Below, in pieces: positions 26,665 to 38,963 of a DNA stretch of 64,000 nt (position 1 is the first letter of the stretch; every line of letters begins with the position of its first letter). Source of the stretch: Dicyema japonicum. Its lineage: Eukaryota > Animalia > Dicyemida. The notes below the pieces were generated by a model that was not told where the DNA came from, searched no databases, and saw only the letters and a list, made by a program, of their open reading frames with translations. The position numbers and the translations under genes were made by a program. The stretch covers positions 372,001 through 436,000 of the forward strand of contig RDEW01000017.1 of assembly GCA_011109175.1 (NCBI GenBank). Reading direction: 5' to 3'.

Positions 26665-28404
26665 AGTCTGGACTGTGTAGGTCCCAGAAGAGACTAACGT
26701 TGTTTGTCAAATAATCAAAGCTTGCGACTAGCCCTCCGCAGGTGTCTAGTTATCAATATTGTCTTTAATGAAGTATTTCATGTTTGAGTTAATAAAATAA
26801 TGTCCTGGAACAGGTCCACCACACCTCCAACGATTTAAAAATTTTTCGGTCCTTACGTATACTCGATAATCTATTAAATCTCATGGTCGATTTTGAAGTG
26901 TGAGACGAGTCTTTTGAAAAAGATCAAAGTCTACGTCGTTGGGAGTCAAAAAAGCATTAGTTTATCCCATTTGAGGGAGATTTCATTGATATTCAGTAGT
27001 CGATATTAATGTCTTTATCTGGTCCTGGGTTCTTTACTACGTCTTCGGGGAGCGATAGGGGCTTGTAGGAACGGCTGAGCGCCAGCTCGATGCAGCCAGA
27101 AGGATTTCTTGAGAGGAAAGGAAGAGAAGATGGTCTTTAGTTGCTATGAAAGAGATTATTATTTAACCATGAAAAAGGGTCATTAGTAGGTTAAAGTTAG
27201 CATAGAATTATTAGTCGGATTATTTTTATTTATTTACCCCCGGTCCCTTCGAGTGAAAGAAACCAGTAGCTAACAAAAACGTTACAGGCAAGAGCGGACG
27301 CTCCAAGAGATCCGATACGTATTTTTGGCTCTGTGCAGAACTATGTGGTGGACCCGGAGTCTGATTATTAATTCTCTTTGATTTTTTAAGAAAAATCAAA
27401 AATACATTAAATTTAATTTCTTAACCTCGGGAACCAAAAGAAAAAGGATAAGAGCAGAGCCGTGCCTAAAGGGGGTTATAGGGGCAGCCACCCGGGCAGT
27501 AAATCCAAGCCATAGAGTTCATGTCATTAAGCTATATTCACTTTTTTCTCGATGTTTTTTCCATAGACAAGATCGACTGCTAGTATCACTGTGTTCTACT
27601 GACAGCGCTGAAGACTAAGAGCTCACGGGTGACAGGTGCGTGTTCGCTGTGAATTCCCTTGTAGGACAACATCTAGGTGCATCATTATCATACACTCGCC
27701 TTGGGCAGCAGAAAGCTTTGCCACGCCAAGGTATAAGAATAATCGCCTAATTAAATGATTCCGGTGTTACTGCCTAGCTTCCTCGTATGGTTTGTGTTGG
27801 AATCATGGATTAAAGAAGGTTTCTTTTTGACCATTTTAAGGAAATCTCTAAGGCGCTCCAGTAGGTAATCCATAATTGGCCCTATGTTTAGCGATTTCAG
27901 GAACTGTTAAATTGATTTCAGGTTAGGGTATCAGGATAAGACTGTGAGGTATCAGTTCTGAATCAAGTCTAATTAGGTCTGTAACGATAACGAGGTGATC
28001 CACGCCATTCGATGGCTCTAGGAAAATCCATTTTCCAAAAATCCTACAAAAACATTATGTACCAAAACACTGGATCTAACGTTGTCGTGTGGTAAAACTT
28101 GGTGGAGGACTTTCCACGAAACAAAATTTTCAGACCGTTTTCCAAAACCTGTTTAACCAGTTCCATGTGGTGCCATCAACCCCCAGATATAATTTTCAGA
28201 GTTTTGACCACGGACCCTCTTGTAAGTTAAGAAGAACAGCCAAATTCTTTTAATTTACCTTATGAGGAAGTGACATATATGAAATGCAGCTCCCAGTTTC
28301 AATCATAAAAGAATGAAATTTTTTAGAGTGCCCTATAAACGTTTAGGTCCTCCAAAGGTTTTTTGACGCTAGTCTAAGATTCAGATATATCAAAAGTAAA
28401 AATC

Positions 28405-28585
28405 TCTTCATTCAACCGGGAGACAATTTCGTCCTTGGAGACGAATTCTGGAATCAACCTCAGCTTCTCAGACAACGCTCTCTGGATTGCTGTGTTTGAG
28501 TGAAGGTTCTACTGGAACGCGTCAGGATCAAGGAATTAGTTAGTTTGGTTCTACCCTTGTGAAAAGATCTCTGTGGGACCCATTA
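28405..28585 (+). mobile_element. 5'-truncated subfamily A SINE (body and tail, no core)
   Basis: gacaatttcg...gcgtcaggatcaaggaattagttagtttgg is the uninterrupted equivalent of the Tigger insertion site. Confidence 0.7.
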
Positions 28586-28690
28586 TAAAGTAAGCGTGAT
28601 GGTTTAATTTATTAAAATATTCTTTAATTTTTTTTAAATAGCAATTTAAATAAATTAATTGATTATTGAAATTTGGTTTTATTGTGTTCT

Positions 28691-29865
28691 ATGGCTTCCC
28701 AAGGTTTTAGTCCTGAAATAAAGAATCTCATGAAAAAAATCCAAGTAATCTAAAATCCGTTTTTCATTATTTATTCAGGCTAAACGTGCGCAAATTGTGG
28801 ATAAAACACTTTCGACAGTGGTAGCCAACGTACCGCCAATCAGCAACCTCGTATTCAATTCTAGAGGAAAACTAACCGGCCACTTTGGAGAGATAAGCTC
28901 CTGCGTCTGGTCTCCGATTTATAAGTATATCAAATAGTAGACTTCTAGACGTGTTCTGAGCTCATCTCATGACGGGAAATTAATCGTGTGGGATGCGATT
29001 ACTAAAAATAAGCTCTCAGCAACCACCAATTTATGTTCCTTGATTCTCACCTGTGCCTTTTCTCCGTTTAACGAAAAACTGATTGCTTGTGGTGGAATGG
29101 ACAACGAAGTCACTGTCTACCAGTTGTATTAAATATTTAATTAGATCAATTGATATGCACAAGTATTCTCAGCTATGCAAACTGAGATGCCACACCGGGT
29201 ACTTGTCAAGTCCATTTTTATTGGTGAAAACATTCTCTCTTGCTCTGGTGACAGGACATGGTTTTCAATGTTTTTACTAAAATAGCATTTTATGGGATCT
29301 TGAAAAACAGGATCCGATTCGTACCTTTAAAGGACACTCGAATGATGTTCTTGATGCCTCTGTTCATCCAAATCTCTCGACTTTCATGACCTCCTCTTCT
29401 GATTGTACTGCTAAGGTTGTGCTAGATTCCTACTAGATGTGGGATATTCGGATAGAACGACCTGTGAGGAGTTTTCACGATCATAATGCTGACGTAACCA
29501 AAGTCAAAGTAACTGAATTTTTATTTTAGTATTTCCCTGATGGATCGGCCTTTGCGACCATTTCGGACGACAAAAAGGCGAGATTATTCAGCATACATTC
29601 TGATGTCATGGTGAGTGTTTATCCTATGGAAACAATGCCTACCTCAATGGATTTTTCGAAATCTGGAAGTCTGTTGTTCGTGGGGGATGAAAATTCTACC
29701 GTTCATATCTTCGATGTCTTGAAACAAGAAGAGATTTGTTTGCTTTTGTATGTATTAATAGCTTCTTTTAATACGGAGGAAGGTAAAATAAAATGTGTGA
29801 GCACGTCTCCAGATGGGGATGCTTTTCTTACGGCATCTGGTTGTATGATCAGACTATGGAATTAA
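28691..29865 (+). CDS. GNB: Divergent heterotrimeric G-protein beta subunit (WD40)
   Basis: LTGH...SSHDGKLIVWD...TCAFSP...ACGGMDN...HTGYLS...SGDRTCILWD...FKGH.ND...WDIR...FPDG.AFAT.SDD...DFSKSG...IRLWN. The model needs one frameshift near 29212 and one non-canonical intron. Confidence 0.85.
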
Positions 29866-29934
29866 TAATTGAATTAATTATCACATTTAATAACATTAAT
29901 TTAAATTTCATTTTGCTTTTGTTATTATTAACTC

Positions 29935-30085
29935 AGGACCAGTGTAACGAGTAACGGACAAGAGGTATAGTGGTCCCTAGTTTGAATCCTGCTGCCGTAC
30001 ATTTCGGTTGAAGGTTCCACGCATCTACAACGCTTTGGCTTGACGAGTGACGCCGTCATCAGTGAACTCTACCAGGGTGCACAAG
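29935..30085 (+). mobile_element. tRNA-derived SINE, second family (TGACG-hairpin family)
   Basis: B-box GTTTGAATCC and motif TTGACGAGTGACGCCGTCATCAGTG, shared with 33830-33990 and 34545-34640. Confidence 0.65.
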
Positions 30086-30099
30086 AAAGATGTTGACAA

Positions 30100-30382
30100 T
30101 TAATTAAATATGTATCCCACGTCACAGAAGCAGTTCTTCCAATGTCACGTGAGTCCATTCAGAATCAACATAAAAAGTAGAAGACTTCCATTCCTTGCAG
30201 TTGTGGGAACTCGTCAAGTGGAATGGGGAGGAGCAAATGATTATTTTACGCGACACCTTAGACAGGTGGATCACATTGCGCCATTTATTTATTAACCCCG
30301 GATACGCCATTCAATTAGGAAAGAGAAGAGGAGGAAAAAAAGAAAAAAGCAGAAATCTTCAATCAAGTAGCCATATGGCATC
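30100..30382 (-). mobile_element. Pseudoknot-core SINE copy (subfamily B), partially deleted, with a 19-nt nested insertion
   Basis: Head GATGCCATATGGCTACTTGATTGAAG and core remnant GTGATCCACCTGTCTAAGGTG. The body aligns with 50600-50720. Confidence 0.7.
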
Positions 30383-30559
30383 ACGCAAAATGGCACAACA
30401 TGATCCAAATTCAAAATATTCAAAAAATTTGCTTTTTATTTACATTGGTCATGAATGTTATTAAATTATTTAAAATTTAAATAAAAATTAAACAACATAA
30501 AGAAATTTAATAACTGAGTCTTGCTGGATACTGTTCACACACATCTTGAGGATGGACTT

Positions 30560-30665
30560 GATTTACTCAGCAAAGTAATGCTATTATGCTCTTTCCTTTC
30601 TTTGATGGTGTCATTGGATCCACCTTATTAAGGAGATGCCCATTGCCTGGCCGGTATTCGAAAAC
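30560..30665 (+). mobile_element. Pseudoknot-core SINE fragment (subfamily A)
   Basis: gatggtgtcattggatccaccttattaaggagatgcccattgcctggccggtattcgaaaa; the last P2 strand is missing. Confidence 0.75.
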
Positions 30666-31316
30666 CCAACAAATCACAAATCTGCATATGACCTAGACTC
30701 ATTGAGGTCCATAGCTAGCAATCACGGCTCGTGGGAGTAATTGATATCTAAAATCGTGTCTTTTGATGCACATTCGAGGTTACTGGATGGGATTCGAACC
30801 CAGATCCTAAGTGAATCGACAATTTCCTTGTTAAGAGCTAAAGTTTTCCGATGTCTCCTGAGTCTGTTACCTTTTCCATGGCCAAAAAAAAGGAAGCTTC
30901 ATCCATCCTGAAGCCAAGTATACATTTGCACGCCAACTCAACCTTCTGACCAATTAACTACTTGCCTAGCTGGTGAATTAACCAATTGTACGCTCCATTG
31001 AACTTAAAACGGAGAATGTTAGACAGACTGGATAACCGGATATTTAATCTCAACTTGTGATAATCTAAATGCTTCCCAGTCACTACCACCCAAGTAATTG
31101 ATGATTTTAGTGCTACTCTATATGCTGCATAGTCATCAAGACCACAAAGAGGTGCATGCTACCTTAACAGTTACTAACTCTAGCAAATTAAGTATCGTTA
31201 AGGCTATAAGACAAGGGATTGATGGAAACGAACTTGTCGGCAAAAGGTGATCAAATAAAGCCTGATAATTAGGGCTATTTTTGTCAATAAAGTCAAAAAT
31301 TATTTTTTTTATTTAT

Positions 31317-31800
31317 TTAACCCAAGACCACGGTAAAACCAAACTAATTATCACGTGATTCCGATGCATTTTAACAGACCTCATATTTTCCCGGTGTTCT
31401 TCCTTCATGCCCGCGTATGAACGTACAGGACGGCTGCCTGAATTTTCAGGGCCTCTTTCCTGTGATCTGAAGTCTAGTCTCATAAGGGCTTCCAGAGGGG
31501 TAAATCCAGTTCGGTGATCTTCACAAATCCAACGCTCCGTTACTCTGTAAGCCCTCTTTTGCATTTCCTCAATTTTCCTCATATTTGTTAAGATATGGAC
31601 GGTCCCCATGAGGCGCATGCATATAAGAAACATGGCTCGATGTACTGTTTGTACACGTTCATCAAGACTGGGTGAGTACCACTCTTCCATATACCCAATA
31701 AACTTTTCAATACGTTCAGTTTCTTCTCACATTTCAATAGAATGTTTTCTAAGTGTGGTGTCAAACAGAGATGCATATCAATTGTCACACCCAAGATCCT
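31317..31800 (-). mobile_element. LINE RT C-terminal fragment with tail
   Basis: LGVTID...YKQYIEPCFLYACASW, and a 3' end gaatcacgtgataattagtttgg...ggtcttgggttaaataa. Confidence 0.7.
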
Positions 31801-31814
31801 TTGACATCATTCAG

Positions 31815-32050
31815 AAATTGCATTTCGGAGACCGCGGAGACGGGAAAATGCCTAATGGGCTAACAATTTTCTGTTCTCTGACGGAAAATCGCTAGTATGG
31901 GAGTCCACTGTGTGGATTCTTTTTGTAACTCAATGATGCTTACTTCGTCGTCGCGGTTTGCTGGAAATTGACCCATCATAAGAAACACATGCGGGAAGCG
32001 GTCTGGCTGAGCCAACGAATGGAGATTGCAGTTGTCCGCGGAAATGAATG
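31815..32050 (+). mobile_element. CRE REL-domain remnant
   Basis: RGDGKMPNGLT...VWEST.VDS...WLSQRMEIAVVRGN. Confidence 0.7.
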
Positions 32051-33829
32051 TGAAAGAATTTAAAAAATTGGATCGCAGTGAGACTTCTGTATCAAAATTG
32101 GAAGCTGTTGTTATTGTGGGTAAACTAGGTATTGAGTAGGCACATCCCTGAAAGTGTCAGTGTCGAGAGATGACATCCTCACCTAAATAACAGATCATAG
32201 CATATTGTAGGTTTCTTTGAGGGGAAACCATCGGCCTTAGTACGATCTATGCTAAAACATCACTGGGAAAATAAAAGGGACGTTAAGAGCTTATTAGAGT
32301 CAAGTCACAGGTAAAGACTCCATCTTGGTATACACGAAATGTCCACTTATGAATCCCAATGCTCCTTCGGGAGACAAAGTAATCGTAGATTCTTTGGGGG
32401 CGATACAAAATTGTGCGGACATCAGGGGTAAGATATGATCGCCACGTGGATGATCGTAAAAAATTTTAAGGCGATGCTTTATTGATTTTAAACAAGGAAT
32501 TTATCTCCCCGACCTAATTGACTTACACAAGGAACCACTGGGTTTCACGGACGTCACGGCTTCTAAGTGTATCTCAAAAGTATTGAGACATCGGTTTTGT
32601 AAGACATCCTTGTTTTTTTAGAAAAAACAAAGACTTTTTCCTTATACCTCCAGTTATATCGACAACAACGTGAACCGGTTCAGTACTCATTAGACTTCGC
32701 CTTTTATTCCGCGGATAATGTCACCGCTCTTGATAATGTTGTTTTGAGAAAGGGATACACGTGACGTTCCATACTAATGGCTTCCTCTAGAATGAACATT
32801 CCAATACTTTGCGCTATTGGGTTCGGGATATGCTTCGATAGTTATGAATTTGTTCCATCTCTTGTGTTCTTAATTTTTTACATTTTGTACTCCCTGGGAC
32901 TTAGTAGATCTATCGAGTAATTACAGAGTCATCGCGGAATACCGCCGTTGCTCCTTCAGCGTCCGTTATGTGCCTTTCTTCTTCATTCTTTATAGTTAGT
33001 TTGTTTCTCTTGTTTCGATAAATGGATTACCCTAAACATCCAGATTCTCAAGTTCCTTAACAATATATCTGGGGGGTTGTCTATTCTCCCCTTGGTTTTC
33101 AGTGATCTTATTTTGATGTCAGTCTCAAATTCTTTTTGTCTACTCGATAGAGATCTTGTGTTTGTTTATCATGATTGTCCGTGTCCATGCTGTCGAAGTC
33201 AATTGTCCCCACTGCCTTCTTGACCCACAATGTTCTTTTTACAAAATTTGAAAATGTGTGGGTTTCTTTTGGTATTTGCAAGTTCGGCGTCCTTTCAGCG
33301 ATCGAACAGAACAATCAGATTTGACGCCACTAAAGGAGGAACCCAGACTCAATATTCCGAATTAAAAAAATATTTTAATTTATTAACCACAAGAAAGAAA
33401 ATTAAGTGATTTTTTATCCTGCGGTTAGTTTTGGAATCTAAAGGGAAGATTTCTTGTATATTGAGCAGGCTTCCATATATAGTTTGACTTAAGGAACCCG
33501 CGCCTATTTCAACAAATAAATGAAAGATTTTACATTTTATTTATAAAATTAAATTTTTCATAGTCCTCATAGTTTGCCGTCGTGTCGTCAGGAAGGAACT
33601 CGCATTAGCGGAGAACATACTCGCCAAGTAGTACAAACTCGATTTTTTCCCGCCCGTCCGCGAGATGGAGACGACATGTCGACATTTCACTTGGGCCAGC
33701 CACACATTTTGGCAACTTTAATTTTAAGAACAAGAGAGAGAACAAGTTATCCAAAACTAATTAATCCAAATGGAGACGAGAATCTCAAAGTGGGCGATCA
33801 ATACGTACTGAAGTTCTATAACATTCCAT

Positions 33830-33990
33830 CTGAATCCTTTCATGTTTGGAAATTCCTGTTGATAGAACGTCCATGACGGCGTAACTCGTCAAACCCGATC
33901 GGAGCTTCGGGCACAGGTAGCACTGGGTATCAAACCCGCAACCAACAAGTTAGCTACAGATACTCAACCACTAGGCCACCCGGCCAAACT
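33830..33990 (-). mobile_element. tRNA-derived SINE (TGACG-hairpin family)
   Basis: Head GGCCGGGTGGCCTAGTGGTTGAG (A box) and GGTTTGATACCC (B box); TTGACGAGTTACGCCGTCAT. Confidence 0.7.
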
Positions 33991-34544
33991 CGATTTCCAT
34001 TATGATTTTCCTCAAACATTTCTAATAGATTTTAAATTTATGCAGAATTATTTCAACATTTAAATAATTAATTATTCCAATATCAGAATAGCAATTAATT
34101 TGATGAAAACCACACTTAATTGGAAATAAGTTCAAGTGATTAATTGGTGAAATGGCCCGTGTCTTGCTCTCAATCAAGCGCCTTTATACTATGAAATTAC
34201 GTGACGTCTCAGATAAGGGGCGTTCCAACAGCAAACTGAAGGATGGTCAATTTATCCTGACGTTTTCCATCTCGTCTGCACATCTCAATGTGTTCAAACA
34301 CCAAGGGGAAACCAGCTGACCCGAAAACACGTAGAACGACTTCTTTTAATTACTCATCCTGGAGACCCTGCTGACAGTCAAAAACTCTTAAGGAATGTTT
34401 CCTTGGAAATATTAATGAAGATAATAATGAAGCCTTTTCACGAGAACCATAATATTTATAGCTCCGCATAGGCAAGACAAACACTTTATTTTAGTAAAAA
34501 ACAGTTATACTAACTAATCGTTGAAGGGGAGGAAGGAACCAAAA

Positions 34545-34640
34545 AGTGTTCTTTAAGTTCTTTTTGAAGCATTCACTGATGACGGCGTCACTCGTCACAT
34601 CAAAAGCATCATAGATGCGTGGAACCTTCAGTAGGAATAT
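34545..34640 (-). mobile_element. Fragment of the TGACG-hairpin SINE
   Basis: gaaggttccacgcatcta...tgacgagtgacgccgtcatcagtg matches 30010-30066. Confidence 0.65.
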
Positions 34641-35249
34641 ACTTCACAAAAAATTGCACCCACCAGAAATATTATTTCAAATGATAATTTAAACTATTTC
34701 CGACTGATTCCAACCACAAAAAATGGCCATTCCATATTCAGAGTTATAGCACGTGACACATTTTTGGTATTTATCTTATAATATCAAGAATAATGGACAT
34801 TTCACTGAGAATAAAACTGGTTTTGTTAAAGTTTCAAAGAGACGTGGTTTTAATAATCAGCACTTGACCACACAAAACGTGTCTGACACTGGATTTTATG
34901 TGAGAACACCTTGTTTATAATATTAGAAATAATTCCTATACAGGTATTTGAAATGGATGGCAGAGACACCATAAGGACCACATTGGTAATTAAGACGAAG
35001 AAGGTATCTGCCGCTTACTTCATGTTGGTTTGATTTGTAATGCTTAGCGTGCAGGGAACAAACTTAAGTCAATATTTTTGCTGTCTTGTCGATAAGAAAA
35101 ACATTCCACTGGGAAATCAAATGATCGGTCATCCGAAAAACAGTAAGATTGCAAGACACCCCATCAACGTTATCAGTGGAGTATAGAAAATCTAATGATT
35201 TTGTTTGCGCTCAGTTGAGAACCACCACAGCAGATTAACCACATGACCA

Positions 35250-35754
35250 TTTGCTCCCGGATCACCTAGTTAAGAAAAGAGTCCTTAACCAACTAAGTGA
35301 TCCCAGTTCTCACCGTCAGAATGATGCACATGACGCAGCACTACGTACATCCAAATCCGCCATTGTAGGTACCTGTCCACTGAAGTAGGTTCGAGTGAAA
35401 CCTTTTATATGCCGACCAACCAGTGGGAGCCTCCTTAAACAAGTGGACCACATGACGCCTCTTGGAAATTGAATAAAGCAAAGAGCAGAAAGTAATCCCC
35501 CAACTTGGTTTGTAGCGGTACAGGACTGACGTGTTCCGCCTTCACCCAAGGACAGTGATCCAAAGGATGTTGTCAACGGAATTGAGGCAGATTCCAGAAC
35601 TAGTCGCCAGGAAACGAAATTGTCTCCCTATGGAAAGAATATTTAAATCCTTCTGAATACCGGCCAGGTAATGGGCATCTCCTTAGTAAGGCGGATCCAA
35701 TGACACCATCAAATAAAGGAAAATAAATTTTCATCCAATTAGCCACATAACGCC
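35250..35754 (-). mobile_element. Two pseudoknot-core SINE copies in the same orientation
   Basis: Head GGCGTTATGTGGCTAATTGG at 35754 and core at 35645-35707. A second degenerate core is at 35397-35459, and the 3' motif ctgggatcacttagttgg is near 35300. Confidence 0.7.
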
Positions 35755-35847
35755 ACACATCATGCACGATATAATAATTTAACTAATAAAAGTAAATCGA
35801 AGGGAAAATAGCTAAGAAGAATAATTTAACTAATAAAAGTAAATCCA

Positions 35848-36739
35848 TTAATTAATAAGTGAATTGTGAATATTCATTAAATCTAAATAAATAAAATAAG
35901 TACCCTCAAAGTATCTGATAGTACTGCACTCTAACTTACTGGTCGCATCTTTGTCCACTATATATATCACACGTGGGTGATACTGAAACGCTGAACATGT
36001 CCACATATGATTAACCCCACATTCGATCACTCTGTGTAAGGCCTCAGCCTTTTTCATCCCACTCACCAATATTACGACCTGTCTTTTATATAATTATTGA
36101 CTTCTCGAGCTTCCATTATCGTCTTTATCCCCACCGTTAACGCTTGCCTGGGTGTGTCCTCCATTGACTCAAAGTTGGCAGAATTGTCTATTATTGTTGA
36201 CTTACATAACGTCTTCACACGAGTCAGTGAATTTAAGGATGACCCTGGCTCATTAAAGGCTACGTGACCGTCTGACCCGAGTCCCCCAACAAACATTTCT
36301 ATCCCACCCGATTCTCTTATCTTTTTTTCGTAGTCTTCACATTCCTTTTCCAAATCCTCTGCATTTCCGTTGGGAATGTTAGTATTTTTAGGATCAATGT
36401 CAACATGAGAAAATAAATTATTCCACATGTATGTTCGATAACTTTCCTTGTGTTCCATAGAGAGACCCACGTTGAGCATTAATGTTACCTACATACTCGT
36501 CCATGTTGAATGTTTTTACATATTTAAAGATAATTCTCCATTTTTGTGATAATCTGTTAATTTTTTGTACATCCCAATGGGTGTGTTCCCTGTGGTAATA
36601 TTTGTATGACCAAACCTGTGGGAAGACCGAGCACAAAATACTTATCCTCGTGTGGAAGGAAATCGTTTATCCGTTTTTTTAAATACTTTGCTGCCCATGT
36701 AGTCACGTCATCGGGAGTATCCACTAAAATCAACCTCAT
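35848..36739 (-). CDS. GNPDA: Glucosamine-6-phosphate deaminase
   Basis: MRLIL...FVLGLPTG...TFNMDEYV...GGIEMFVGGLGSDGHVAFNEPGSS...ALTVGI...SAFQYH. One single-base frameshift near 36575. Confidence 0.93.
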
Positions 36740-37299
36740 TGTGATTTGATCTATTATTTATTTTGTTATTAAAATTTTTTTTTATAAAAAATATTTTATT
36801 TCGTATTCTTTGTAAAGTAGTGGTGTATGGTCACAAATGCCGGACAAAGACGTAACGTCTGATGACATCAGATCACAGTCGTCTGTTTGAATCCGAATGA
36901 TGGTCTTTTCAGCGAAGGTCAATTCTCGTCAAACAGGTCCCATCCTTGAGGCGACGAGTAATTCTAGCACAACATATTTGTTGAAAGGGATCCTCCTAGC
37001 GTCCCCCCACTAAATCCACTGGTGAAGATTACTATTATGAAAACTCTTCTGCCGAAGAATGAAGTGATCTCCGCGATGGTAGAACGTGTGATAAAAATGG
37101 AAGAGGGTGGACCTACTATCCAACTTTCTCCTTAAGCAGAAATCTGTAATGGACTACGTTTCGGGATCATATAGTCTACACCTCTGGTCTTTAGGAATAA
37201 ATTCATTCAAATAGTTTTGTACTATTTGGCACAGCACACTACCACATATAGGTAGTGTTGATCATCTTTTCAAGTGAAGAGTGATTTAGTGAATATGAT

Positions 37300-38560
37300 A
37301 AAAACTGATCATTGTCAAAAAATAAAATCAATTATTTCAAAGCAAACATTAACTAATTATTGATAATTTTCTTTTTAAAGCGTTTAGAATGCACCTTCTT
37401 CACAATTCCCTCACTATCTTTAACATTGACCAAATTGTGGACAATAGTCCTTCTGAATACGAACCTCTTAAGTAATTATAAATTGAATACACTATCTCCA
37501 ATGTTAAATTCATATTTCGATCGATGCACTCCTATCGTTTTATTCATCCTTTTATAATAAAGAATTCAAGTCTACCTGAGGAAATCAAATTTGTAATCAC
37601 CTTTTGTAACATTATAGACAAAAAACCTTTACTATATGTTTTGGGGATGTCTTTACCGTCTGGCTCTGTTAATTCAGCAATATTATTCACACTTTCCAGG
37701 TTGTCTTCACCGTCTGCCTCCGTTACAGTATTTTTCACAATGGTGCTGTAGCTCGAATCCCTCGATATCTCTGAAACGGAATAACACCTATAAATAAATA
37801 AAAGCACAAATCTTCCTGTGGATGAGTAAGGCGTTTTATTGTATAAAAGCACAGCCTTTCGAATGTGATTTATCCAGTCTTTCTTGTACCCGAAGCAAAC
37901 ATTTTCTATAAACTCCGTGAGATCGTCTGATTGAATCTTTCAACAATCCCTTCACTCTGGAGATTGTTGGGTCGTCCATGAATTTGAATAATTATGTGAA
38001 TGCATATTTTGAATATATTTCTACTACAGACAATAACCAAGAAAAATGATCATTTTGATTCTCAAATCTACAATGATAACTATTGAACTTTGAACCTTTT
38101 AAGATCAATAAGATCAATTTGAAATTTCTCATTAGGCAAATCAGCAACAATATGACTAAAATATTCATATTGTTTGAGAGGCATTGTAAACTTGCAAACA
38201 TTGCAGTTTTTTACAACTTGACGAATAACAGTTTTTTGATAGCGCAAAATTTTTACGACAAAGCGCATCCAGAGCGTTATTTTCACAGTGATTTGTCTGG
38301 TGAATCTCCTGAGCAATAGTCCTCATTTCGACTTTACTAGTTAAGGGTATCACAAGTTTGTGAAGTCAGTTAACAACTTTCAAATAAAGCTTTTTATGAA
38401 TAACAATAAAATTTTCAGCTTTCTTTTTTATTCGGTACCTCATTTGTTTTGCAGTATTTACATCCTCATCATTAAGGATGGATTTTAGAAGTTGGTACTC
38501 TTCATTATCCTTGACAACAGTCTTGCTACTAGGCATCAGGTCAAATTTGATTTGATTGGA
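37300..38560 (-). mobile_element. Retroviral-type integrase remnant (Ginger/Gypsy-like)
   Basis: H-x3-H...C-x2-C zinc motif (HQTNH, CNVC), KFQIDLID, YSKYAF and GIVERFNQTI. Confidence 0.7.
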
Positions 38561-38963
38561 TAAGGAAGGGAGAACTGCATATTTCGAAGACAGGTTTGTC
38601 TACTATTGGAGTATCTAATGCATTCTTAGTTTCAGGTTGACCGCACAACACCGCCACTTGGGAGATACTCAGGAATGAACTTACCAAAATTAACGGGTTT
38701 CATTAAGACGACGGACAAGAAGGACCTCAAGTGAAAGATTGTATTTCTCTACAAGATTATCGGAGATAATTATCGAAGATTGAAGGAAACTCTTGGTAAA
38801 CTCCTCTAAGAGAAAAGCGACGGTCAGCGATTCGTATTAAATTAAATTATCCCAAAGCCGAATGTTCGGATAGTTATCAAAAATAATATAAAAAACAATG
38901 TTCTGATTAATTAATAAAATTTGAATTATTTTAATAAAAAGATTAGCAAATAATTTTAATGTT

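Noticed and set aside
32350-32900. Copia-like integrase remnant on the minus strand
   Set aside because: Only vague motif echoes with many stops; not supportable.
34574-34600. CTGATGA as a hammerhead ribozyme core (also at about 36850)
   Set aside because: No stem II followed by GAAA and no matching stems I/III. The first site is the antisense of the TGACG-hairpin SINE.
35660-35675. TTACCTGG as a U1 snRNA 5' end
   Set aside because: No U1 stem-loops or Sm site; it is part of P4 of the SINE core.
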